Positions 1 through 10,311 are shown, numbered from the stretch's first letter. The stretch is 57,010 bases of DNA from Acetobacteraceae bacterium (GCA_009693795.1 SHWN01000001.1:1-57010); one strand, 5' to 3'. The notes: generated from the sequence alone by a model not told the origin. A program made the numbers and translations.

Positions 1-395
1 ATGTCGGCCGAGGGCGCGGTGGTGACGATCGATGCGATGGGCTGCCAGCGCAACATCGCCACGAAAATCATCGAGAAAAAAGCCGATTACATTCTCGCGT
101 TGAAAGGCAATCAGGGAACCCTGCGCGAGAATGTCGAGGTCTTCGTCGATGAGCATAAAGCCTTGAAATACAAGGGTACAACGATCAGAATACACCTAAC
201 AGTCGACGCTGATCATGGCTGTATTGAGACCCAAAGCTACACCGTGATCCACAATGTCGACTGGCTCCAGGTGCGCCCCTAATGGCCGAGCCTCAACGCC
301 GTCGTCATGGTTGAAAGCCCGCTGTCATTGTTCAAAGCCCGCTGTCATTGTTCAAAGCCTGCGCGAAATCAACGGGCAGATGACCCACAAGAATT
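1..395 (+). pseudogene. ISAs1-family (H-repeat type) DDE transposase remnant; 5' end lies outside the window
   Basis: ORF 1..282 reads ...VTIDAMGCQRNIATKII..ADYILALKGNQGTL...HGCIETQ..VIHNVDWLQ, typical of ISAs1 transposases. There is an in-frame TAA at 280-282. Homology resumes as WPSLNAVVMVES, is frameshifted by a 20-bp tandem duplication, resumes once more as REINGQMTH, then is lost. Confidence 0.75.
314..359. repeat. 20-bp perfect tandem duplication (aaagcccgctgtcattgttc x2, plus 6 bp of a third unit) inside the IS remnant
   Basis: Read directly: units at 314-333 and 334-353 are identical. The unit length is not a multiple of 3, so it shifts the transposase frame. Confidence 0.95.
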
Positions 396-611
396 TCGCA
401 AACCACCAGAATATACATACCCTCATCCGCATCGATGACCGACGGGCCGAGATCTGGAAAACGGACTACAAAACGCGAATCAGGAGAGCAATTCAGTTGA
501 TCCAGCTCCTGCGCGCCGGCAAGACGGTCGCCCTCCAGCCATACGTGGCGGCAGTCAGCAGGAAAGGAGGCATTGTCTTGCCGCTGATCACGCCTTCCCC
601 CGTCGTTGTCG

Positions 612-1743
612 CTAGCGCGCCTGCGCGCTCGCTTCGCTGCGGGTGGCGCCGACGCGCGCGGCGAGGGCGGCGGCCATGAATTCATCAAGATCGCCATCCA
701 GCACGGCGTCTGGATTGCTGGTTTCCCAGCTGGTGCGCAGATCCTTCACCAGTTGATAGGGCGCGAGTACATAGCTACGAATCTGATGGCCCCAGCCGAT
801 GGCGGTCTTGGCGTCTTCCACCAACGCCGCGGCGGCTTCGCGCTTTTGTAATTCCTGTTCGTACATTTTCGCTTTCAACATGCCCATCGCGGTGGCGCGG
901 TTGCGATGCTGGCTACGATCGGTCTGGCAGGCGACGACGATGCCGGTGGGGATATGGGTTAGGCGGATGGCACTTTCGGTCTTGTTCACATGCTGTCCAC
1001 CAGCGCCTGAGGCTCGGTAGGTGTCCACTTTCAGATCCGCCTCGTTGATCTCGATCTCGATATTGTCATCAACCACGGGGTAGACCCAGACGCTGGCGAA
1101 GCTGGTCTGGCGGCGGGCGTTGGCGTCGAACGGGCTGATGCGCACCAGGCGATGCACGCCGGCTTCGGTCTTGAGCCAGCCATAGGCGTTCTGGCCGCTG
1201 ATTTGCAGGGTGGCAGATTTGATGCCAGCCTGCTCGCCTTCGCTTTCTTCCAGCAGCTGCACCTTGCAGCCGTGTTTTTCGGCCCAGCGCGTGTACATGC
1301 GCATCAGCATTTCCGCCCAATCCTGCGCTTCCGTACCGCCAGCGCCGGCGTTAAGTTCGATGAAACAGTCATTGCCGTCGGCTTCGCCAGACAGCAGGCT
1401 TTCAATTTCGCGGCGCTTAGCTTCCGCGGCGAGAACCCGCAGGCTGGCCATGCCATCGGCGATCATGGCCGTGTCGTTATCGGCCTCGGCCAGTTCAATC
1501 AGCTCCGACGTGTCCGTGACGTCGCCTTCCAGTTTCAGCACACCGTCGATCTGACCAGCAAGGTGATTGCGCTCGCGCATGATTTTCTGCGCGCTCACCG
1601 CATCGTTCCAAATGGTCGAATCTTCGGCGCAATTGTTCAGTTCGGCGAGGCGGTCTTGCGCCACATCCCAGTCAAAGATGCCTCCTCAGCAGCGCGACGG
1701 ACTGCTTGATCTGTTCGTTCAATGCGTCGGACTCGGCGGACAT
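612..1743 (-). CDS. prfB: peptide chain release factor 2, requires +1 programmed frameshift
   Basis: The N-terminal 23 codons ([23 protein letters not shown]) end at an in-frame TGA at 1672-1674. The +1 frame continues as [13 protein letters not shown]... and runs through the 350-aa RF2 body, which contains SPF and GGQ ([16 protein letters not shown]). Confidence 0.95.
1671..1686 (-). promoter_or_regulatory. RF2 autoregulatory +1 frameshift site: AGGAGG-CAT-CTT-TGA-C
   Basis: The minus strand reads AGGAGG CAT CTT TGA C. This is an SD-like element 3 nt upstream of the CTT slippery codon, followed by the TGA C stop context, the same architecture as E. coli prfB. Confidence 0.9.
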
Positions 1744-1777
1744 GACGGGCCTTGTTGGAAGGTGCGGATGGGGCGGC

Positions 1778-4438
1778 TCAATACAGGCCGGGAATGCCGC
1801 CGTCCACCCGCCCACCCTGCCCCGGCGCACGGGTGGGGGGCGTGCGCGCGGCACTGGCAGGATCGGACGGGCTAGCCGCATTCGACGGTGCGCCAGCCCC
1901 GGCTTGCGGTGCAACAACGGCGGGAGCGGCATCGTTCTCGCCCAGCGGCGCAGAAGCGCCCGGCACCTGGTCAAGCTTGAAGGCATCGATGGTGTCGCCC
2001 AGGCGCGCCAAGTTGATCCCGGCGGGAGGGATGAAGGCCAACGGAGGACGGTTCTTCAGCGCCGTGGTCATAAATTCCCGCCAGATCGGCGCGGCGGTGG
2101 AGCCACCGGTTTCGCTACCGCCCAGGCTGGCTGGCATGTCGTAGCCAAGCCAGACGATTGCCGCCAGATCGGCCGTGAAGCCACCGAACCAAACATCGTT
2201 AAAATCCTGCGACGTGCCCGTCTTGCCGCCGATCGGCCGGTTCAGCCCGATCCCGGCACTTTGCCCAGTGCCACTCTGGACCACGCCCTGCATCATGGTG
2301 ATGAGCTGAAAATTACTCGCTGGATCGGCGATCTGCCTGCGGGTATCGGCCAGTAACGGCACTCCGGCAGGATCCTTACAGCCCGAACAGGGTTCGGCGC
2401 GCGCGCGCGCAATCACCTTTCCATCGCGATCCTGCACGCTGTCGATCAAGGTGGGGATCACCTCCCGACCGCCAGCGGCGATGGAGGCGTAGGCCCCGGC
2501 CATCCGCAGCACCGTGGTTTCGACCGCGCCAAGGGCTGCGGGCAACACGCGTGGCATATTGTCCACCACGTGGAAGGCAATGGCAGTTTGTGCCACCGCT
2601 TCCATGCCCACCCGGTCTGCGACGCGGATCGTCACCAGATTGAGCGATTTCGCCAGCGCCGCGCTGAGCGCGACAGGGCCGTTGAAGTCCAGTCCAAAAT
2701 TGCCCGGCCGCCAGCGCCCGCCAGCGCCCTGATCCAGCACGAACGGCGCATCGAGGAAGCGTTGGCTGGGGGAAATCCCCTTTTGGAGCGCGGTCAGATA
2801 GACGAACGGCTTGAATGCGGAGCCGGGTTGGCGCTGCGCCTGGCTGGCGCGGTTGAACTGGCTCAGCTGGAAACTCCAGCCGCCGACCATGGCCAGCACG
2901 CGGCCAGTGGCGACATCGATGCAGACCAGCGCGCCTTGCACCAAGGGGATCTGACGCAGCAGTACGCGGTCCCGCCGGCCCAGCCCTCGTGGCGGCGGCT
3001 TGCCTCCCGGCGCGGCCGCTGCCAGGGCGAGTTGCCGCGCGGGCTCCACCATCACCACGCTGCCAGGCTGCACAAGATCAGACATGCGGCGCGGTGGCGG
3101 GCCCATTTGCTTGCCCTTCACCGGGCGCGCCCAGGCGAGATCAGACAGCAGCAGGGTTCCGTGGTGGGGTTGGCCTAGCGCGGCGGGTTGATCGGCTTGC
3201 CCTTCCGACCAGCTAACACGGGCCTCATTGTCGGAAATCTCCAGCACCACGGCAAGGCGCCATTCACTCAGCATGCCGGGGGGTCGCGGTGTCTGCGGTA
3301 GCTGCGTTATCCAGGTGGCGGGCAAATTGGGGCCGGGCGTAAGCTGCGCCACGGCACCGCGCCAACCGCCATGCTTGCGGTCATAAGCCATCAGCCCGCC
3401 GCGCAGGGCGCGGTCGGCGGCGGCCTGCAGGGACGGATCAAGGCTCGTGCTGACCATCAATCCGCCCTGAGTGGTGGCATCGGCGCCATAGCTATCCACC
3501 AGACGGCGGCGCACATCCTCGCCGAACCAATCGGCGCCGGGGACGGTTTCTTGGCGGCGAAAGGCGGCAGGCTGGATCGGGCTGGCTTTCGCCTGGATGG
3601 CCTGCGCAGCCGTGATGACGCGATCCTCGGCCATGCGGTCGATCACCCAGTCGCGCCGGCCTTTCGCGGCTTCGGGGCGGCGAAAAGGGTTGTAGTTGTT
3701 AGGCGCCTTCGGCAGCGCGGCAAGGAAGGCGGCCTCCGCGAGGGACAATTCATCCAGGGACTTGTTGAAATAAGATTGCGCCGCCGCGGCCACGCCATAG
3801 GCCTGCAAGCCCAGATAAATTTCGTTTAGGTAGAGTTCAAGAATGCGTTCCTTTGTCAGGCTGTTCTCGATACGTACGGCGAGGATCAGTTCCTTCGCCT
3901 TGCGCGCAATGGACAGCGAATTGTCCAACAGCATGTTCTTCGTCACCTGCTGCGTGATGGTGGAGGCCCCGGCTGGGCGGCGGCCCTGACCATAACTCTG
4001 CAAATCCATCACCACCGCACGCAGGATGGCCACCGGATCGATGCCGGGATGGGCCCAGAAATTCTGGTCCTCGGCGGAGATGAAGGCACGCTGCACCATT
4101 TCCGGAATGGCTTTCAGCGGGACAAATAGGCGGCGCTCCGTCGCCAGTTCGGCGATCAGGCTGGCGTCGGAGGCGAACACGCGGCTCATAACGCGTGGCT
4201 GGTAGGAGCGCAGCCCATCCACATCGGGCAGCTCGGCGCTGTAATGCCGATAGCCGGCATAAAGGACGAGGCCGGCGACGAGGCCGGCGATCAGGCCCAG
4301 GCCAACCATGGCCCCAATCATCCGCCCAAGCCAGCGAAAGGGCGAGCGGCTACGGCGCGCGCGCCGCTCCTCAGCCTGACGGCTGGGCGGCGTGGGGGGG
4401 GTGCCGGAAGGCACTCCGGGAGGGGATGAGCCACTCAT
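1778..4438 (-). CDS. mrcA: penicillin-binding protein 1A (bifunctional glycosyltransferase/transpeptidase)
   Basis: 886-aa ORF with an N-terminal TM segment, the GT51 motifs (EDQNFWAHPGIDP, RKAKE) and transpeptidase SAFKP. Both tails are Pro/Ala-rich and low-complexity. Confidence 0.9.
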   Translation of the reverse strand: MSGSSPPGVPSGTPPTPPSRQAEERRARRSRSPFRWLGRMIGAMVGLGLIAGLVAGLVLYAGYRHYSAELPDVDGLRSYQPRVMSRVFASDASLIAELATERRLFVPLKAIPEMVQRAFISAEDQNFWAHPGIDPVAILRAVVMDLQSYGQGRRPAGASTITQQVTKNMLLDNSLSIARKAKELILAVRIENSLTKERILELYLNEIYLGLQAYGVAAAAQSYFNKSLDELSLAEAAFLAALPKAPNNYNPFRRPEAAKGRRDWVIDRMAEDRVITAAQAIQAKASPIQPAAFRRQETVPGADWFGEDVRRRLVDSYGADATTQGGLMVSTSLDPSLQAAADRALRGGLMAYDRKHGGWRGAVAQLTPGPNLPATWITQLPQTPRPPGMLSEWRLAVVLEISDNEARVSWSEGQADQPAALGQPHHGTLLLSDLAWARPVKGKQMGPPPRRMSDLVQPGSVVMVEPARQLALAAAAPGGKPPPRGLGRRDRVLLRQIPLVQGALVCIDVATGRVLAMVGGWSFQLSQFNRASQAQRQPGSAFKPFVYLTALQKGISPSQRFLDAPFVLDQGAGGRWRPGNFGLDFNGPVALSAALAKSLNLVTIRVADRVGMEAVAQTAIAFHVVDNMPRVLPAALGAVETTVLRMAGAYASIAAGGREVIPTLIDSVQDRDGKVIARARAEPCSGCKDPAGVPLLADTRRQIADPASNFQLITMMQGVVQSGTGQSAGIGLNRPIGGKTGTSQDFNDVWFGGFTADLAAIVWLGYDMPASLGGSETGGSTAAPIWREFMTTALKNRPPLAFIPPAGINLARLGDTIDAFKLDQVPGASAPLGENDAAPAVVAPQAGAGAPSNAASPSDPASAARTPPTRAPGQGGRVDGGIPGLY

Positions 4439-4524
4439 GGGTCGCTGATTGGCATGTCCAGATGAGGAGAACCAGAGAGGGACCGGTCGATTTCAAGAAC
4501 CGGCCAATTATGGGGACAGGCCGC

Positions 4525-5400
4525 TTACCCGGCCATTCGTGCCATATAGTTCGCAGCAGCGAAATATCCATCCACCGATCGCTTGATTGCCGCCGCGACA
4601 CGGGTGCGGTGCTCCAAACGACGCAAAGCAGCCTCGTCGTCCGGATTGGACATGAAGCCCATCTCCACCAGCACGGACGGGATATCGGCGGATTTCAGGA
4701 CCATGAAGCTGGCATGGCGCGACGGATTGGTCAGCAACTTCACATCGCGATCCAGATCGCGCACCAGGGCCTGCGCTATGCGCGCGGAGCCGAGGCGGGT
4801 TTCCTGGCGCACCAGGCTGGCCAGGATACGCCCGACATTCGGGGGCACATCGCGAAAGGTGGGGGTGCCAAAGCGATCGGCGCTGTTCTCGCGCCGCGCC
4901 AGGGCTGCCGTCTGCGCATCCGAGGCGGTGTTGGCGAGCGTATAGACCGAGGCGCCGCGCACGAAGCGATCAGGCACTGCATCGGCGTGGATGGAGACGA
5001 ACAATGCGGCCCGGCGGGACTGGGCGCGGGCGACACGCTCCTCCAGGCGAACGAAAACATCGCGCGAGCGGGTCATTTCCACCCGGTAGCGGCCAGAGGC
5101 GAGCAATTGCCGGCGCAGTTCGAGGGCGGCGGAGAGGACGATTTTCTTTTCATGCGTGCCGGAGACGCCGATAGCGCCAGGGTCCTTGCCGCCATGGCCG
5201 GGGTCCAGCATGACCAGCGGCAAGGCTGCCGGACGTGATGACGCTGGTGCGGGTGTGCCCAATACCGGCACGGCTGTTGGTGGCGCGGCCAGGGCGGCCC
5301 GCATCCAGTCGGGCAGCAGGAAGCAGCCCGTCACAAGATGGGCCAACAGAACCCGCCGCAACGGCAAGGGAGATTCGTCCATGCGTTGATTTGATAGCAT
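4525..5400 (-). CDS. N-acetylmuramoyl-L-alanine amidase (AmiC-like, Amidase_3)
   Basis: 291 aa with DPGHGGKDPGA, SIHADA and LVEMGFMSN motifs. The N-terminus has an RR-containing, signal-like segment (PLRRVLLAHL). Confidence 0.85.
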   Translation of the reverse strand: MLSNQRMDESPLPLRRVLLAHLVTGCFLLPDWMRAALAAPPTAVPVLGTPAPASSRPAALPLVMLDPGHGGKDPGAIGVSGTHEKKIVLSAALELRRQLLASGRYRVEMTRSRDVFVRLEERVARAQSRRAALFVSIHADAVPDRFVRGASVYTLANTASDAQTAALARRENSADRFGTPTFRDVPPNVGRILASLVRQETRLGSARIAQALVRDLDRDVKLLTNPSRHASFMVLKSADIPSVLVEMGFMSNPDDEAALRRLEHRTRVAAAIKRSVDGYFAAANYMARMAG

Positions 5401-6120
5401 ACTTTCTGAAACACCCTATGTGGGTCACTACATGAGTTATTGATTAAAATCACTTCACTGCCCGGGATAAACGGAACGGAAAAGGTACCCTTGCGAGCCT
5501 AGGCGGATTGCTTCATGGTTGGGGCACCCGATGATGCGACTTGGGGCACGCGGCTCTGCCGAGCCCCAGGCCCAATCGGGCGGATCGTCACGAAGTCATA
5601 GCCGCGCCAATGCCTGTTTGTGGGGATTGGGTTTTGCATTGACATTACGCGATACGCCCAAAATCGTCGACCGTGCGCGCGCCTAGCGCGCGCCGGGGGC
5701 CTTCAACGGCTGGCATTCGCGCAACAAGGCTGCGTCTCCCGATTGATCTGGGGATGCGCCGCACCCGCCGGACGATGATCGATTTCGGGCGGGACAGAGA
5801 GACCAAACGGAGTTCCATGGCTCGGAGTTCGATGACTGCCGCTACGCCATCCGCCTATCGGCTGAACGACCCGGTGGCTTCGGCCAAGCGGGGTTTGGCT
5901 GCTGCGCGGACGTGGCACGGCGACGCCGCCAGGATACCCTGTGTTTTCCTCCTTCTTTTCGGCGCCAGCCTGGTTTTGCCGGACCGGCGCCTCGTTTCAC
6001 GTCACATCAGCCACCCGTTGGCGCCGATCCTTCACGGATCAGACGCCGCACCCCATTGCGCACCGCTCTATCGCGCCTGGGATCGCATCGACGCGGCGGC
6101 CTATCGGAGTTCACCACCCC

Positions 6121-9100
6121 ATGACCAAACGTATGCTGATCGACGCCACGCACGCGGAAGAAACCCGCGTGGTGATACTGGACGGATCCCGGCTTGAGGA
6201 TTTCGATGTCGAGACCGCCACCAAGAAACAGCTCAAGGGCAATATCTATCTCGCCAAGGTGGTTCGGGTAGAGCCCAGCCTGCAGGCCGCCTTCGTCGAA
6301 TATGGCGGCGGCCGACACGGGTTCCTGGCGTTTGGGGAAATCCATCCCGACTACTATCAGATCCCCGTCGCCGACAGGCAGCACCTGATTGAAATGCAGA
6401 TGGAAGATGCCCGCAATGAAGCGGACGAGGAGGATCGCGCGGCAGCCGAGGCCGCGGCCGAGGAGGCCTTGGGGGAGGCAGTGCCGGAGCTTCCGGGGAA
6501 GGTTTCGGAAGAGAAAATAGAGGAAACCACGACGGAAACCGCTCGCGGGGACGACCAAGCTGACGTGGCGCCGGCTGCGCAGGCAATCGGGGAAAGCGAG
6601 GCACCTGCTGCCGCCATCTCGCAGGAACGGGCGCAGCCTCTGGACATCGCCGTTGAGCGGGTGGTGGCGGCGGAACCCGTACTCGCCGATCATGTCGCCA
6701 TTCATCTGGCAGATCCGCCCCTACCGGCACCCCTGGCGGTGTCTCCCGAACCCGACATGGTTGCCGCCACTGATCCCGAAGCGGCCGGTGAGGCCAATGC
6801 CATCGCTGGGCAACGCGGCCACGACAATCAGCCGGACGCGCAAGGCGAGCAGGCGCGAGGCGACGATCCGACCATCGAGGCCAACGACGATTTCATGTTC
6901 ACGTCCGACGAACCGGAGCCGCCAGCACCAGAATCGCTGGGCGGCGATACGGTCGAGGAGCCGCGCGAGCGGCGCAATCCGCCACGCTTCATGCGGAGCT
7001 ATAAAATTCAAGAGGTGATCAAGCGGCGGCAAATTCTGCTGATCCAGGTCGTCAAGGAAGAACGCGGCAGCAAGGGCGCGGCGCTGACCACTTATATTTC
7101 GCTCGCCGGCCGCTATTCTGTTCTTATGCCCAATTCGCCGCGCGGGGGCGGGATTTCACGGAAAATAACCTCCGCCACCGATCGGCGCCGGCTAAAGGAA
7201 GTGACTGCCGAGCTGGCTTTGCCGAAGGGCATGGGGCTGATTGTGCGCACCGCCGGGGCCAACCGGCCGAAGCCGGAGATCAGGCGCGATTGCGAATATT
7301 TACTGCGGCTGTGGGACGATATCCGCGAGCACACGCTGCGCTCCGTCGCCCCGGCGTTGATCTATGAAGAAGCCAGCCTGATCAAGCGAACCATCCGCGA
7401 TGTCTATTCGCGCGATGTGGACGAAATTCTGGTGGATGGCGAGGAAGGCTGGCGCGCGGCGCATGATTTCATGCGCATGCTGATGCCGAGCCACGCCAAC
7501 AAAGTTCAACTTTGGCGCGAAAATGGTCAGCCGCTCTTTGCCCGTCAGGGCGTGGAAGCACAGCTGGATGCGATGCTCAGCCCGACCGTGCAGCTGCGCT
7601 CCGGCGGTTATCTGGTGATCAACCAGGCGGAAGCCTTGGTCGCCATCGATGTGAACTCAGGCCGATCCACGCGCGAGCGGAATATCGAGGAGACGGCGCT
7701 CAGGACCAATCTGGAGGCGGCCGATGAGGCGGCGCGGCAATTACGGTTACGTGATCTGGCCGGGCTGATCGTGATTGATTTCATCGACATGGAATCACGC
7801 AAACACAACGCGATGGTCGAGCGGCGGCTGAAAGAAGCACTGAAAAACGATCGCGCGCGCATCCAGGTCGGCCAAATTAGCCACTTTGGCCTACTGGAAA
7901 TGAGCCGGCAGCGTTTGCGCCCGAGCCTTGCCGAGACCTCGCTAATCGTGTGTCCGCATTGCGGCGGCATGGGGCATGTGCGCAGCGTGGAAACAGCCGC
8001 GCTGCATGTGCTGCGCCAGATCGAAGAAGAAGGCGGCAAACGCCGGTCCGCCGAGATCGTGGTGCATGTCGCCGGCGCGGTGGCGTTCTATATCCTTAAT
8101 AACAAGCGCCCGCGTTTGGTGGAGATTGAGGCCCGCTACGGCTTGCAGATCACCTTCTCGGCTGACGAAAAGCTGATCGCGCCGGAGATTCGGATCGAGC
8201 GAGTGCGCGCCGCGGTGCCGTCCGAATTACCGCCTGCGATCCAGGTGGATCAGCCACCGCCCGCCCTGCCCGCGCCCGTGTATGTCGCGGAGGATGAGGC
8301 GGAGACAGGCGAGGACGCAAAAGCGCCCCGGATCGTCGCCGAGGCCGATGATGACGACAAGCCGGTCGCCGGGGAAACTGCCGAGGAGAGTGAACGCCGT
8401 CGCCGACGTCGGCGGCGCCGTCGGGGCGGGCGGAGTGATGAGCCGACGGGTGCGCCAACCGAGATCTCGATCAGGGATGCACCCCCTGCCGACGTGGCGA
8501 CACCGGAACTGGCCACTGAGGGCGAGGATGGTCCTATGCAGGCTACACCGGTGGCCGATGTGCCAACGGCCAACACCATAGGGGAAGGTACGGGCGAGAC
8601 CGGCGAGGGCGCCAATCGCCGACGTGGCCGGCGCGGTGGCCGACGCCGGCGGCGCGACGAAGATGGCACTTTGGCATCGGTGGCGGAGCCGGGTGCCGAG
8701 CAACCGGATGTTCCGGCCTATGCGGGGCCTACTCCGGCCGATCCCTTCGGCGGGCAGAGCTATGATATCTTTGCCGTTCTGGAACAAGCGGAGCAGGCCG
8801 CCGAGCAGGCCGCGGTGGCCCCCGCCCTGGCCCCCGTCCCTGCCCTGGCTGATCTCACGCCAACGGTGCCGGAGCCGATCGCGGAAGCGACGGCCCCGGA
8901 GCCCGTCGCTGTCATGGTGCCGGAACCCGTGCCGGAGCCGGCTCCTCTACCAGAGCCAGCACCTACCCCTCAACCAATTCCTGAGTTGGTTGCCGTGGCC
9001 GCCGAGCCGGCGCCAGTTATGCCAGAGCCTGTTGCGCCAGAACCGGCCCCAGCCGAGCCGGCGATCAAGCCGATCTTGATCGGGGTGGACGAGGTGCCGG

Positions 9101-9135
9101 CGGAGAATAAGAAACTCGGCTGGTGGCGGCGTTAA
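6121..9135 (+). CDS. rne: ribonuclease E
   Basis: MTKRMLIDATHAEETRVVILDG... gives an S1 domain followed by the catalytic core. An acidic insertion sits in the N-terminal half. The C-terminal half is Arg-rich, acidic and Pro-rich. The start at ATG 6121 was chosen by homology, because the ORF extends further upstream. Confidence 0.9.
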   Translation: MTKRMLIDATHAEETRVVILDGSRLEDFDVETATKKQLKGNIYLAKVVRVEPSLQAAFVEYGGGRHGFLAFGEIHPDYYQIPVADRQHLIEMQMEDARNEADEEDRAAAEAAAEEALGEAVPELPGKVSEEKIEETTTETARGDDQADVAPAAQAIGESEAPAAAISQERAQPLDIAVERVVAAEPVLADHVAIHLADPPLPAPLAVSPEPDMVAATDPEAAGEANAIAGQRGHDNQPDAQGEQARGDDPTIEANDDFMFTSDEPEPPAPESLGGDTVEEPRERRNPPRFMRSYKIQEVIKRRQILLIQVVKEERGSKGAALTTYISLAGRYSVLMPNSPRGGGISRKITSATDRRRLKEVTAELALPKGMGLIVRTAGANRPKPEIRRDCEYLLRLWDDIREHTLRSVAPALIYEEASLIKRTIRDVYSRDVDEILVDGEEGWRAAHDFMRMLMPSHANKVQLWRENGQPLFARQGVEAQLDAMLSPTVQLRSGGYLVINQAEALVAIDVNSGRSTRERNIEETALRTNLEAADEAARQLRLRDLAGLIVIDFIDMESRKHNAMVERRLKEALKNDRARIQVGQISHFGLLEMSRQRLRPSLAETSLIVCPHCGGMGHVRSVETAALHVLRQIEEEGGKRRSAEIVVHVAGAVAFYILNNKRPRLVEIEARYGLQITFSADEKLIAPEIRIERVRAAVPSELPPAIQVDQPPPALPAPVYVAEDEAETGEDAKAPRIVAEADDDDKPVAGETAEESERRRRRRRRRRGGRSDEPTGAPTEISIRDAPPADVATPELATEGEDGPMQATPVADVPTANTIGEGTGETGEGANRRRGRRGGRRRRRDEDGTLASVAEPGAEQPDVPAYAGPTPADPFGGQSYDIFAVLEQAEQAAEQAAVAPALAPVPALADLTPTVPEPIAEATAPEPVAVMVPEPVPEPAPLPEPAPTPQPIPELVAVAAEPAPVMPEPVAPEPAPAEPAIKPILIGVDEVPAENKKLGWWRR

Positions 9136-9136
9136 A

Positions 9137-9862
9137 TTACTCCGCCGCGCCACGCTCCATATCCGCGATTATCAACTGCGCGGCGGAGCGCGGGTCTGGT
9201 GCCGCGACGATGGGGCGGCCTACGACCAGGTAATCGGCGCCCTTAGCAATGGCGGCGGCGGGGGTAGAAATGCGTTTCTGACCGCCCGCCTCGCTGCCGG
9301 GCAGGCGGATGCCGGGGGTGACGATCAGCAGATTGGGTGCCCCGGCCTGGGCACGGATCGTGTTTGGGTCGTCCTGGGCGGAGGCGATGATACCATCGCC
9401 GCCGAGAGCGACAACGCTGGCCACGCGCTGAGCCACCAGTTCGGGCACGGTCTTACTATAACCCATTGTTTGTAAATCGGTACCCGTCAGGCTGGTTAAC
9501 ACGGTGACGGCGAGGATTTTGAGGCACGAGGCCCCCTTCCCTTCCATCGCAGCCTGGATCACCTGGGGCTCGCCATGGATGGTGAGGAAGCTGACGCCGC
9601 GCGCGGCGGCACTAGCGGCGCCGGCGCGCACGGTTTCGCCGATATCGTGCATCTTGGCATCCAGGAAGACGCGCTTACCGCTGGCAATCAGGTCATCAAT
9701 GAACTTTTCCGTGCCTGGCACGTAGAGCAACCACATGCCGATCTTGTAGAAAGCGACGGCGCCGTCGAGTTTGGCCACGATCTCTCGGGCCTGGACAACA
9801 TTAGGAACATCCAACGCCACGATCAGACGGTCAGCCATGTTGGCGGGGAGGTCGCGGGTCAT
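9137..9862 (-). CDS. pyrF: orotidine 5'-phosphate decarboxylase
   Basis: 241 aa; motifs [20 protein letters not shown] and DYLVVGRPI. Confidence 0.9.
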   Translation of the reverse strand: MTRDLPANMADRLIVALDVPNVVQAREIVAKLDGAVAFYKIGMWLLYVPGTEKFIDDLIASGKRVFLDAKMHDIGETVRAGAASAAARGVSFLTIHGEPQVIQAAMEGKGASCLKILAVTVLTSLTGTDLQTMGYSKTVPELVAQRVASVVALGGDGIIASAQDDPNTIRAQAGAPNLLIVTPGIRLPGSEAGGQKRISTPAAAIAKGADYLVVGRPIVAAPDPRSAAQLIIADMERGAAE

Positions 9863-10311
9863 CGGCCGGTGCCGGTGCTGCCAAAACCGCCAGCGCCTCG
9901 GCCAGTTTCCGGCAGGGTTTTAACCTCCGCCCAGGCGGCGCGGGTGACGGGGGCTAGAACGGCCTGGGCGATACGCATACCGCGATCGACCGTGAAAGGG
10001 ACGTCGCCGGCGTTAAGCAGGATGATGCCCAGCTCACCGCGATAATCCTCGTCGATCGTACCGGGGCTGTTGGCGACCAGAATGCCGTTCTTCAGCGCGA
10101 GGCCGGAGCGGGGGCGGATTTGCAGTTCATGGCCCGACGGCAAGGCGATTTGTAGGCCGGTGGGGATGAGGGCACGGGCACCCGGCCCGATGGTGATGGC
10201 GGCAGAGACGGCCGCCAGCAGGTCCATTCCGGCGGCGCCATCGGTGGCGTAGGTCGGCAGCGCCAAACCCTCGGCATGGGGCAGGCGGCGGACGGCGATG
10301 GTTTGGGTCAT
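9859..10311 (-). CDS. dut: dUTP diphosphatase
   Basis: 150 aa; motifs GAAGMDL, PRSGLA and [14 protein letters not shown] overlaps on both sides. Confidence 0.9.
   Translation of the reverse strand: MTQTIAVRRLPHAEGLALPTYATDGAAGMDLLAAVSAAITIGPGARALIPTGLQIALPSGHELQIRPRSGLALKNGILVANSPGTIDEDYRGELGIILLNAGDVPFTVDRGMRIAQAVLAPVTRAAWAEVKTLPETGRGAGGFGSTGTGR

Noticed and set aside
396-611. Possible toxin/antitoxin or other small-gene fragment between the IS remnant and prfB.
   Set aside because: I translated all six frames. No frame gave a motif I could assign, and the ORFs overlap the prfB 3' end or the IS remnant.
5673-6197. 174-aa ORF (and others) inside the rne upstream region as a possible gene.
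   Set aside because: It has an Arg/Ala/Pro-rich composition without motifs, overlaps the true rne start in another frame, and is matched by equally long ORFs in other frames and on the other strand. This is typical GC-rich noise.
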